64,000 bases of DNA. Origin: an uncultured Solirubrobacterales bacterium. Lineage in GTDB: Bacteria > Actinomycetota > Thermoleophilia > Solirubrobacterales > 70-9. Every line of letters starts with the position of its first letter. Position 1 is the stretch's first letter. The stretch spans positions 39,690-103,689 of the forward strand of contig CAWGDM010000003.1 of the NCBI GenBank assembly GCA_963821345.1, read 5' to 3'. The translations under genes and the position numbers were made by a program. The notes under the pieces were generated by a model that was not told the DNA's origin, made no database searches, and saw only the letters and a program-made list of their open reading frames with translations. Of this stretch, positions 36,137-45,240 are shown one piece after another.

Positions 36137-37322
36137 CGGCGGTGGCGGCGGTCGTGGTCTCGAAGGTGATCTCGAGCGAGCCGTCGGCGAGCCTGGCGCC
36201 GGTCGGGCTGCGGCGCGCGAGGGCTGCCGGGAGGATGATAGTTCGCTTCCTGGGCCCGACCGAGACGATCAGCTCGGGGCCGACCTTCTTCAACCCGATC
36301 TCCCCGCGCTCGCCGAACGGGACCTGGATCCGCATCACCGCCGACCCGTTCGACGACTCGACCTCGTGCGCGAGGCCGGCGTGCATGACCGCCGCCGGGT
36401 CGAGGTCATCGAACAGCTCGGTGCCGAGGCGGTCGAGCATCGCGGTGCCGATCACCTCCTCGTCGAAGTAGCGCGCGGTCAGCACCGGCAGCGGCGCGAA
36501 TCCGGCCCGGACCTCGCTCAGCTGCTCGCGCTGGCGCTCGCGCCACTCGCCGAAGTAGCCGCCGGCGACCTCGTCGGGGAACACCCGATTGACGACCACG
36601 GCGTCGGTCAGGTAGCCGTACAGGCTCAGGTAGGTGAAGGTGCGCTGCGCTTCCTTGACCACCATCCGGTCCGGGGTCATCACCAGCCGAATCGAGGCGT
36701 GCTCGCGGTCGCGGAGGATCTCGTTCATGTCGATCATCTGGCGGACCAGGGCCTGGACCTCGCCGAGCACCTCCTCGCCGGGGATCTCGACGTCGATCAT
36801 CCGCGCGATCGGCTTCGCCGCGCTGACCAGCCGCCGCTCCCAAGGAAACACCTTCTCCAGCCACCAGTGGGCGATGTCGGGGAAGCCGAGCAGGCGCAGT
36901 GTCTCGCCGGTCGGGGCGCAGTCAACGATCACCGCGTCGAACTCGCCCGAGCGGTGGTGGGTCTTGATCTGCAGCAGGCTGAAGAGCTCGTCCATGCCCG
37001 GCGGCACCGTCAGCTCCTCGGCGGCGATGTCCATCACCCCGCGGTCGGCGAGCAGGGCACCGAGCCAGCGTTGGACCGCGCCCCAGTTGGCCTCCAGCTC
37101 GCGCTCGGCCTGGACTTCCTGGCCCCAGAGGAGGTCGCAGACGGGCGTCGGGTCCGGCCCGAGCTCGGCGTCGAGCGAGTCCGAGAGGCTGTGGGCGGGG
37201 TCGGTCGAGAGCACCACGGTGCGCAGCCCGGCGGCCGCGCAGCGGCGCGCGGTGGCGGCGGCGACGCTGGTCTTGCCCACGCCTCCCTTGCCCGTGTAGA
37301 GGATCGTGCGGGGTGGCGACAT
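36123..37322 (-). CDS. ArsA/GET3-family ATPase
   Basis: GKGGVGKTSVAAA P-loop, STDPAHSLSD, DCAPTGETLRLL. Confidence 0.85.
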   Translation of the reverse strand: MSPPRTILYTGKGGVGKTSVAAATARRCAAAGLRTVVLSTDPAHSLSDSLDAELGPDPTPVCDLLWGQEVQAERELEANWGAVQRWLGALLADRGVMDIAAEELTVPPGMDELFSLLQIKTHHRSGEFDAVIVDCAPTGETLRLLGFPDIAHWWLEKVFPWERRLVSAAKPIARMIDVEIPGEEVLGEVQALVRQMIDMNEILRDREHASIRLVMTPDRMVVKEAQRTFTYLSLYGYLTDAVVVNRVFPDEVAGGYFGEWRERQREQLSEVRAGFAPLPVLTARYFDEEVIGTAMLDRLGTELFDDLDPAAVMHAGLAHEVESSNGSAVMRIQVPFGERGEIGLKKVGPELIVSVGPRKRTIILPAALARRSPTGARLADGSLEITFETTTAATADGHA

Positions 37323-37419
37323 CGGCCCGCCAGCGTAGACGGCGCAACCCGATGCGGCTTCAGACGTAGTCGCTACGCTGCGCCGTCACCCAGATCACGA
37401 GAACAAGGAGACCCAGACT

Positions 37420-38523
37420 TTGACCCGGATCAGAACCCTGCTCGTCGTCAGCGCACTGGCGCTGCCGATCCCGGCGGCGATCGCCGGTTGCGGCGGAGAC
37501 GACTCCTCCAGCGAGGACCCGCAGACCGTCCTCGACGAGACCTTCAACAACGACACCGCCGTCAACAGCGGCGACCTCTCGCTGACCGCGTCAGTGAGCG
37601 CCGAGGGCGATCAGGGGGGCAACTTCGAAGCCAGCCTCAGCGGCCCGTTCCAGAAGGATTCGGACAACGAGAACGCGATCCCGCAGCTCGACCTGACGGC
37701 GTCGCTGTCGGGTTCAGGCGCCGGCCAGTCGATCGACTTCTCCGGCGGCCTGGTGGTCACCGGCGACAACGCCTACGTCGAGTACAAGGATCAGGCATAC
37801 GAGATCGGCACGGACCAATTCACGCAGCTCAGTGACGCGTTCGAGCAGCAGGCCGCGCAGACGAGCGCCAGCGGCTCACAGGGGACGTTCCAGGAGCAGT
37901 GCCAGGCGGCGATCGAGCAGGCCGGCGGCGACGCCTCGGCGTGCGACTTCGACCCCTCGTCCTGGATCACCAACCTGACCAACGACGGCACCGAGGACGT
38001 CGGCGGAACCTCGACGATCCACATCTCGGGTGATGCGAACATCGAGCAGGTCCTCACCGACATCGGCAACCTGGCCTCCTCGGTCCCCGGCGCGGACGCG
38101 GGCGGGTTCGACCCGGCGCAGCTGGGCGCGGTCTCGAGCGCGGTCACCGATGCCTCGATCGACGTCTACTCGGGCGCCGACGATCACGTGCTGCGCAAGT
38201 TCGACGTCAACCTGACGATCGATCCGTCGCAGATCGCCCCCGCGGGCGCGGTCCCGGTCTCGAACATCCAGATCTCGTTCGCGGTCGAGATCGACGGGCT
38301 CAACGAGACCCAGACGATCCAGGCTCCGTCGAACGCGAAGTCGATCGACCAGCTGTTCGGCGACCTCGGCATCGACCCGAGCACGCTCGGCGGTCTGGGC
38401 GCCGACTCGCTCGGCGGCGGATCCACCGGCTCGAGCTCGGGCGGCGGCGATTTCGAGCAGTGCATCCAGCAGGCGACGACGCCCGCCGAGATCAACGACT
38501 GCGCCAGCCAGCTCGGCGGCTGA
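37420..38523 (+). CDS. Hypothetical lipoprotein
   Basis: TTG start with an AAGGAG RBS. Lipobox AIAGC. Acidic Ser/Gly/Asp-rich mature part. Confidence 0.7.
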   Translation: MTRIRTLLVVSALALPIPAAIAGCGGDDSSSEDPQTVLDETFNNDTAVNSGDLSLTASVSAEGDQGGNFEASLSGPFQKDSDNENAIPQLDLTASLSGSGAGQSIDFSGGLVVTGDNAYVEYKDQAYEIGTDQFTQLSDAFEQQAAQTSASGSQGTFQEQCQAAIEQAGGDASACDFDPSSWITNLTNDGTEDVGGTSTIHISGDANIEQVLTDIGNLASSVPGADAGGFDPAQLGAVSSAVTDASIDVYSGADDHVLRKFDVNLTIDPSQIAPAGAVPVSNIQISFAVEIDGLNETQTIQAPSNAKSIDQLFGDLGIDPSTLGGLGADSLGGGSTGSSSGGGDFEQCIQQATTPAEINDCASQLGG

Positions 38524-38537
38524 GCGCGCAAGCGATG

Positions 38538-38586
38538 ACGACGGGCCCCGGTGCGCAGCCGCCACCGGGGCCCGTCGTGCGTTCTG
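38538..38586 (+). terminator. Strong hairpin after the lipoprotein gene
   Basis: ACGACGGGCCCCGGTG-9nt-CACCGGGGCCCGTCGT, a 16-bp perfect stem followed by gcgTTcTg. Confidence 0.6.
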
Positions 38587-38600
38587 ACTAGGCTGGCGGC

Positions 38601-39707
38601 GTGAGGCGCTTCTTGCTCGGACCGCAGGGCTGGCCGTACCTGCTGGTCCCGTTCATCCCCGCCGCGGTCGTGCTCGAGTTCGCCGATGCGCCGGCGGGCG
38701 CGATCTTCATCGTCGCCGCGCTCGGGATCATCCCGACCGCGGCGCTGATGGGGCTCGCGACCGAGGAGCTGGCCGCCCGAGCCGGCCCCGGGATCGGCGG
38801 CCTGCTGAACGTCACCTTCGGCAACGCGCCGGAGCTGATCATCGCCCTGTTCGCGCTCGGCGAGGGCCTACATGAGGTCGTCAAGGCCTCGATCGTCGGC
38901 TCGATCATCGGCAACATCCTGCTCGTGCTCGGGGCCTCGATGTTCGTCGGCGGGCTCGGGCGCGACCAGCAGCGCTTCAACCCACAGGCGGCGAGCGTCC
39001 AGGCCTCGATGCTGTTCCTGGCCGGGGCGGCAATGGTGATGCCGGCGATCTTCGAGCTGGTCGAGGGGCGCGGCCTACCGTCGCCGGCCGCCGAGATCGT
39101 CGACTACGGCTCAACCGTCGAGCACCTCTCGATCGCCGTCGCCTTGGTCCTGATCGGCACCTACCTCGCCGGGCTGCTGTTCTCGCTGCGCACGCACCGC
39201 GACCTCTTCAACCCGCCCTACGCCGAGGAGCACGAGGAGGGCTTTGGCTGGAGCGTGCGGCGCTCGGTGCTCGCCCTGCTGATCGCCGGGGTCGCGGTCG
39301 GTCTGATGTCGGAGATCCTGGTCGGCTCGATCTCCGAGGCGTCGGAGGCAATCGGCCTGTCCGAGTTCTTCATCGGCGTGATCGTGGTCGCAATCGTCGG
39401 CAACGCGGCCGAGCACTGGGTCGCGGTTCTGGTCGCGCGCAAGGACAAGATGGATCTGGCGGTCAACATCGCGATCGGCTCCAGCGCCCAGATCGCCCTG
39501 TTCGTCGCCCCGGCGCTGGTGCTTGCATCGCTGGTCATCGGCCCCGGGCCGATGCCGCTGGTCTTCAACGGGTTCGAGCTCGGCGCGGTCCTGTTCGCGA
39601 TCCTGATCGCCAACGTCGCCACCCGCGACGGGACCTCGAACTGGTTCGAGGGCGTGCAGCTGCTCGGCCTCTACGGGATCCTCGGGATCGCCTTCTTCTA
39701 CGCCTAG
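38601..39707 (+). CDS. Ca2+/H+ antiporter (CaCA family)
   Basis: Two alpha-repeat motifs (GNAPELI and GNAAEH). About 11 TM segments. Confidence 0.85.
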   Translation: MRRFLLGPQGWPYLLVPFIPAAVVLEFADAPAGAIFIVAALGIIPTAALMGLATEELAARAGPGIGGLLNVTFGNAPELIIALFALGEGLHEVVKASIVGSIIGNILLVLGASMFVGGLGRDQQRFNPQAASVQASMLFLAGAAMVMPAIFELVEGRGLPSPAAEIVDYGSTVEHLSIAVALVLIGTYLAGLLFSLRTHRDLFNPPYAEEHEEGFGWSVRRSVLALLIAGVAVGLMSEILVGSISEASEAIGLSEFFIGVIVVAIVGNAAEHWVAVLVARKDKMDLAVNIAIGSSAQIALFVAPALVLASLVIGPGPMPLVFNGFELGAVLFAILIANVATRDGTSNWFEGVQLLGLYGILGIAFFYA

Positions 39708-39714
39708 CGGCGGC

Positions 39715-40173
39715 TTAGGCCGCGAGCAGCTTCAGGACCTCGTCGTCGTGCGTCTTCGGCGACGCCTTCGGGATCACATGCGCGATCGCGCCGTCGGCGC
39801 CGATGATGAAGGTCGCGCGCTGGACGCCCATGTACTTCTTGCCGTACATCGACTTCTCGACCCAGGTCCCATATCGCTCGGCGACCGCGTGGTCGGGGTC
39901 GGCGAGCAGGGTGAAGTCGAGGTCGAACTTGTCGGCGAACCTCTTCACCGCCGCGACCTCGTCGGGCGACACGCCGAGCACCCGCACCCCGGCGGCCGCG
40001 TAGTCGGCGCGGCGGTCTCGTATCCCGCAGGCCTGGGTCGTGCAGCCGGGTGTGTCGGCGCGCGGGTAGAAGTAGAGGACGACGGTCTCGCCGCGCAGGT
40101 CGGAGAGCGTCACCGGCTCGCCGTTCTGGTCGTCGAGGGTGAAGTCGGGAGCGGTGTCGCCGGGCTCGAGCAC
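39715..40173 (-). CDS. bcp: Thiol peroxidase Bcp (peroxiredoxin)
   Basis: APDFTL...VVLYFYPRADTPGCTTQAC. GTG start. Confidence 0.9.
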   Translation of the reverse strand: MLEPGDTAPDFTLDDQNGEPVTLSDLRGETVVLYFYPRADTPGCTTQACGIRDRRADYAAAGVRVLGVSPDEVAAVKRFADKFDLDFTLLADPDHAVAERYGTWVEKSMYGKKYMGVQRATFIIGADGAIAHVIPKASPKTHDDEVLKLLAA

Positions 40174-40184
40174 GGCCCGGGAAT

Positions 40185-40592
40185 CTATCCGGCTCCGAGG
40201 CGTAGCCGAGGGTGCGCCGCCGTTGAGGCGCCTTTCTCGAGTTCGTAGAGCAGGTGGGGCAGGCCGGCGCGCTCGAACTCGCGCACGTAGCTCATCCCGA
40301 GCTTCTCCATCACCCGCCGCGAGCGCTCGTTGTCGGTGAGCGTGAACGAGACGATCCGTTCAAGGCCGACGCGCTCGAAGCCCCAGTCGATGGCGATCCG
40401 GCCGGCCTCCGGCGCGAAGCCGTCGCCCCAGCGGCTCGGGGTGATCGACCAGCCGACCTCGACCACCGGCTCGCCGTCGACCAGGTCGCGGTTGAGGCCG
40501 GCGTAGCCGACCAGATCCCCGCTGGAGCGCTCGCGCCACCACCACAGACAGCAGCCGAACTCGATCGCCTGGGCGCGCTGGGTGCGCAGCAT
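40185..40592 (-). CDS. GNAT N-acetyltransferase (RimJ/RimL-like), start unresolved
   Basis: GYAGLNRD..VEVGWSI..RWGDGFAPEAGRIAIDWGFE...RSRRVMEKLGM. GNAT-like sequence continues upstream to about 40720, but the only in-frame canonical start is ATG 40592. The last 15 codons lie within repeat copy 3. Confidence 0.6.
   Translation of the reverse strand: MLRTQRAQAIEFGCCLWWWRERSSGDLVGYAGLNRDLVDGEPVVEVGWSITPSRWGDGFAPEAGRIAIDWGFERVGLERIVSFTLTDNERSRRVMEKLGMSYVREFERAGLPHLLYELEKGASTAAHPRLRLGAG
40195..40232 (+). repeat. GC-rich intergenic repeat, short form (copy 3)
   Basis: CCGAGGCGTAGCCGAGGGTGCGCCGCCGTTGAGGCGCC. Confidence 0.8.
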
Positions 40593-40722
40593 GCGCTCCG
40601 GGTCACGCGGCCCGCCGCCGTGCCAGGGCCTGACCCGCGGGTCGGCGAAGTGGGCGATCGCGAACTCGCCGTGGCGCGCGACGTCGGGGAGCTCCGCGTC
40701 GAGGCGCTCGCTGCGCGGCGCA

Positions 40723-40761
40723 CTGCGAGGCGTGGCCGAGCCGCGCCGCCGTTGAGGAGCC
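40723..40761 (+). repeat. GC-rich intergenic repeat, short form (copy 4)
   Basis: CTGCGAGGCGTGGCCGAGCCGCGCCGCCGTTGAGGAGCC. Confidence 0.8.
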
Positions 40762-40765
40762 TGAT

Positions 40766-41155
40766 TCAGTTGGGCCAGAAGTCTTCCTGCTGCTCGGTCG
40801 GCGGCTCGTCGAGCCGGGTCGAGAAGATCAGCAGCTCGGCGTCGGCTCCGGTGTCGTTGTGGACCGAGTAGAAGTCGTCGCCGCTCATCCGCACGGCGGT
40901 CTGTGGGCCGGCCTCGAAGACCTCGTCGCCGACCTTGAAGGTGAGCGTCCCGGAGATCACGAAATAGACCTCCTCCTGGCCCGGATGGCGGTGGCCGTAG
41001 CTGCCCCGCCCGCCGGTGTCCGGCGGCATCGTCCGCCACGAGAACGAGACCTGTTCGGTGCCGAGCGCCGCCGAGTAGTGGCGCATCTCGCCGAAGCCCG
41101 GGTACTCGGCCATGAAGTCGACGGCGTCCTCGCGCTTGGCGATCGAGTAGCTCAC
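40766..41155 (-). CDS. Cupin domain protein
   Basis: GHRHPGQEEVYFVISG...F.V.D....AGP...V motif pattern. 129 aa. Confidence 0.75.
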   Translation of the reverse strand: MSYSIAKREDAVDFMAEYPGFGEMRHYSAALGTEQVSFSWRTMPPDTGGRGSYGHRHPGQEEVYFVISGTLTFKVGDEVFEAGPQTAVRMSGDDFYSVHNDTGADAELLIFSTRLDEPPTEQQEDFWPN

Positions 41156-41505
41156 GTTTCGTCCTCGCCCTCGTCGAAGTCCGGATCGGGTTCCAGTTCC
41201 TCCTCTTCCTCGACCAGCTCGTCCGCGTCGGGCTCCAGCTCGGTCGCCTGGGCCGAGACCCCGACCGGGGCGTGGCGCATGCTCTGGAAGCGCTCCATCG
41301 CGGTGTCGAGGGCGTCGGAGTCGACCGGGACCTCGTCCGAGACGCGGACCCAGTCGGCGCCCTCGAAGGCCTCCATGTTGAACACCTCCTGATCGATCGA
41401 GGTCGAGTCGTCGACCACGACCACGACCTCGGTCTGCGGGTTGAAGTAGGTCCCGGGCCTGACCAGCAGGTCATCGAGGTCGACGACTGGATTCTCCTCG
41501 GTCAC
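41152..41505 (-). CDS. Hypothetical acidic protein
   Basis: 117 aa with a strongly acidic C-terminal tail (EEEEELEPDPDFDEGEDET). Its stop overlaps the cupin start. Confidence 0.55.
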   Translation of the reverse strand: MTEENPVVDLDDLLVRPGTYFNPQTEVVVVVDDSTSIDQEVFNMEAFEGADWVRVSDEVPVDSDALDTAMERFQSMRHAPVGVSAQATELEPDADELVEEEEELEPDPDFDEGEDET

Positions 41506-41518
41506 GCCCCGAAGCCTA

Positions 41519-41995
41519 TTACTGGCCGAGGTTCTCGAGTTCGGCGAGCTGTCGCTCGACCTCGGCGTCGACGTCGAGCGGCTCCTTGCCCTGGCGGGCG
41601 CGGCGCTCGTTGCGGGCGACGACCAGCTGACGCACCTCCTCGCGCAGCGCCGGGTCGCCGCCGCTAGGTGCCTCCGGCTTCTCGGTCAGCAGCCGCTGCA
41701 GCTCGGCGTCGACGTCCAACGGCTGCTCGCCGCGTGCCTGCTGGCGGTACGCCTTCGCCTCGAGCATCTGGCGCAACTCGTCCTCGCGCACGCCCGTGGC
41801 CTCGGCCTCGGCGCCGGAGTCGCGCATCCCCTGCGACAGGTCGGACTCAAACTCCACCGAGAGCCCGCCCTTGCCGATCGACTTGAATGCATTGCCGGCG
41901 TTGGCGATGAAGGCGATCGCCGCGATCGGGATCGTGACCAAGACGATGATCAGGATGACGTCACCGTTGGAGACCGCCGGTTCGAGCGCCACCAC
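41519..41995 (-). CDS. Hypothetical membrane-anchored protein with an internal duplication
   Basis: One N-terminal TM segment. Repeats RGEQPLDVDAELQRLL and QGKEPLDVDAEVERQLAEL. Confidence 0.55.
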   Translation of the reverse strand: MVALEPAVSNGDVILIIVLVTIPIAAIAFIANAGNAFKSIGKGGLSVEFESDLSQGMRDSGAEAEATGVREDELRQMLEAKAYRQQARGEQPLDVDAELQRLLTEKPEAPSGGDPALREEVRQLVVARNERRARQGKEPLDVDAEVERQLAELENLGQ

Positions 41996-42023
41996 TACAG
42001 CCTAGATCAGCTACGATTTTGCT

Positions 42024-42043
42024 GACTGACTGATCAGTCAGTC
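42024..42043. promoter_or_regulatory. Perfect 20-bp palindrome upstream of the acyl-CoA dehydrogenase gene (candidate operator)
   Basis: GACTGACTGATCAGTCAGTC is identical to its reverse complement. It ends 35 nt before GTG 42079. Confidence 0.5.
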
Positions 42044-42078
42044 GATCTTTCCCCCGCACAGAAGGAGCACCTGGAACA

Positions 42079-43298
<1,220 letters not shown>

Positions 43299-43302
<4 letters not shown>

Positions 43303-43550
43303 GCGCGGCGGTTGGGGCTCACGGCGATCATCGCCCCGACCACCGTCAGCATGATGAAGCCGAGGACGATCGCCCGCGCCCAACCGTCGATAAGGGCGAC
43401 GCTCGCGTAGCCGAGCAGGCCGATGATCGCGACGCCGGTCACCGTGTAGACGGTAAGCGCGCGGCCGCTGCGAACCTGGACGCCGGTGGTCGCGACGCTG
43501 AGCTCAGCGCGCTCGTACTGGGCGCGCTGGTTGACGGTCATGTTCGCCAT
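43299..43550 (-). CDS. Hypothetical small membrane protein
   Basis: 83 aa with two hydrophobic helices. Convergent 4-nt overlap with the ACAD stop. Confidence 0.5.
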
Positions 43551-43656
43551 TGATCTCTCCTCGTGGCAGCTGGAACTAACTCAACCTAAACCCGCGCCCC
43601 GCCCGCGTCAGTGAGCCTGGTCACGCACGCAATACGCCTCTAGGTAGGCTCGCGCG

Positions 43657-44118
43657 ATGGCCGAGCGCCGTCGCAAGCCGGTCGCGGACGCGGTCGCCGA
43701 GGCGGCCCGCTCGGCGCGCGAGCGCGGGGCGGAGGCGCCGCGCGGTCGCCGCGGGGGCCGTTCGATGGACGTCTTCGGCGGCGAGATCCGCCGTCGCGAC
43801 CTGTTCCCGCTGCTGGTCCTGCACCTGTGCGAGGCCGAGCCCCAGTACGGCAACCGGCTGATCGAGGAGATCGAGCGGATCACCGAGGGCGTGATCTCGG
43901 TCAACCCGAACACGATCTATCCGCTCCTGCGCCAGCTCGAGGCCGACGGCAAGATCAAGGGCAGCTGGGAGCATCCCGACCGGCGCACCCGCCGCTACTA
44001 CTCGATCACTGCCGCCGGGCGCCGCGAGCGCGCCCGCCTGCAGGCCGAGCTGGAGCCGTTCCTGGACTCGGTGATCCGCTCGGTGAGCCTGATCAAGCGC
44101 GAGCTCTACGGCGAGTAG
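43657..44118 (+). CDS. PadR family transcriptional regulator
   Basis: YGNRLIEEIERIT.G...VNPNTIYPLLRQLEADGKI.G.WE......RRYYSIT. Confidence 0.85.
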   Translation: MAERRRKPVADAVAEAARSARERGAEAPRGRRGGRSMDVFGGEIRRRDLFPLLVLHLCEAEPQYGNRLIEEIERITEGVISVNPNTIYPLLRQLEADGKIKGSWEHPDRRTRRYYSITAAGRRERARLQAELEPFLDSVIRSVSLIKRELYGE

Positions 44119-45230
44119 CGCCGCACCTCGAGCCGTCCGCCGCGCAACCGCAGGCGCGCTCCGTGCTCGCGGCCGACCCGCTTCTGCTTCGTGCGGATGA
44201 CCAGGTTGACGAACAGCGGCGTCGGCCCGCCGGAGCCGCCGGCGACGTCGTGGCGCACCTTGACCACCCCGACCTTGCGGGTCGCGCACGGCGACTGCGC
44301 GGGGGTGCAGTTGGTGCCGTTGGTGGGGCTGATCATCCCGTGCTGCCAGACCGAGCGGCGCACCAGCCGGGTCGGGCTCGCCGCCTGCGGCCCGCGGGCG
44401 ACGACCAGCTCGCCGCCGACCAGCGCGTTGTAGCCCAGATGGCGGACGTCCGAGCGGATCGAGGCGGTGACCGCGAGAACGTCGCCGCGCTCGAGGCCTT
44501 CGACCTTCTGTGAGAGCACCACCTTGCGCCTGGGCCGCAGGCGCAGCGAGTTGCGGCGCAGGTTGTGGGTCGTCAACCGCTCGGCGGTCTCCCCGGGCGC
44601 CAGCCGGATCGCCCCCAGCCGGCCCTTGTTCTGGACGATTCGCCCATTCGGCTTGTTGGCGCCGATGATCATCCGCTCGCCGCCGCGCGCCTGCGGGCTC
44701 GAGGCCGAGACGACGACGTTGGCGAAGCAGCGGTCGAGCCGGCAGGGGAAGTGGTCGCCGATCCGGGTCGTCTTATCGAAGACGACCGGACAGTGATGTT
44801 GGCGGTTGGGAAGCCGCTGGCGGCAGATCAGCGACCGTCGCGCGATCACCCGCGAGCGGGCGCTGGGCGAGGCGCGGTGCGCGATCTCCAGCGAGACCAC
44901 CAGCTTCGGGTCGAAGTCGTACGGGCGCCCGGCACAGCGGGCCGAGGGCTTGTCGCAGTCGACCGTGACCTGGACCTCGGAGAGCAACTCGAGCCGGTCG
45001 CGGCGGCGCAGGCCCGCGAGCTTGCCGGGGCCGATCGAGAGCACCACCCGCGGTTTGGCCCGCGGGTGGCGGGTGATCGGGACGGTCTTGCGCAGCTCCG
45101 AGTCGACCCCGCTGCTGGCGGCGTCCACCGCGCTGCGGCCGGAGCGCGTCTGAGCGGAGGCCGGGAGCGCCGCGATCGCGGCCAGCGCTAGCACCAGAGC
45201 GGGTCCGAGATGTCGGAGGCGGGCGGGCAA
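44106..45230 (-). CDS. Secreted, very basic, Cys-containing hypothetical protein
   Basis: TTG 45230 gives MPARLRHLGPALVLALAAIAALPASAQ. High GC3 throughout. Last gene of the FHA-kinase operon. No family recognised. Confidence 0.6.
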   Translation of the reverse strand: MPARLRHLGPALVLALAAIAALPASAQTRSGRSAVDAASSGVDSELRKTVPITRHPRAKPRVVLSIGPGKLAGLRRRDRLELLSEVQVTVDCDKPSARCAGRPYDFDPKLVVSLEIAHRASPSARSRVIARRSLICRQRLPNRQHHCPVVFDKTTRIGDHFPCRLDRCFANVVVSASSPQARGGERMIIGANKPNGRIVQNKGRLGAIRLAPGETAERLTTHNLRRNSLRLRPRRKVVLSQKVEGLERGDVLAVTASIRSDVRHLGYNALVGGELVVARGPQAASPTRLVRRSVWQHGMISPTNGTNCTPAQSPCATRKVGVVKVRHDVAGGSGGPTPLFVNLVIRTKQKRVGREHGARLRLRGGRLEVRRYSP

Positions 45231-45240
45231 GGACGGAGTT

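Noticed and set aside
40185-41474. 429-aa ORF covering the GNAT, cupin and acidic-protein loci.
   Set aside because: Only the C-terminal GNAT part looks like protein. The upstream part overlaps two better-supported genes in other frames.
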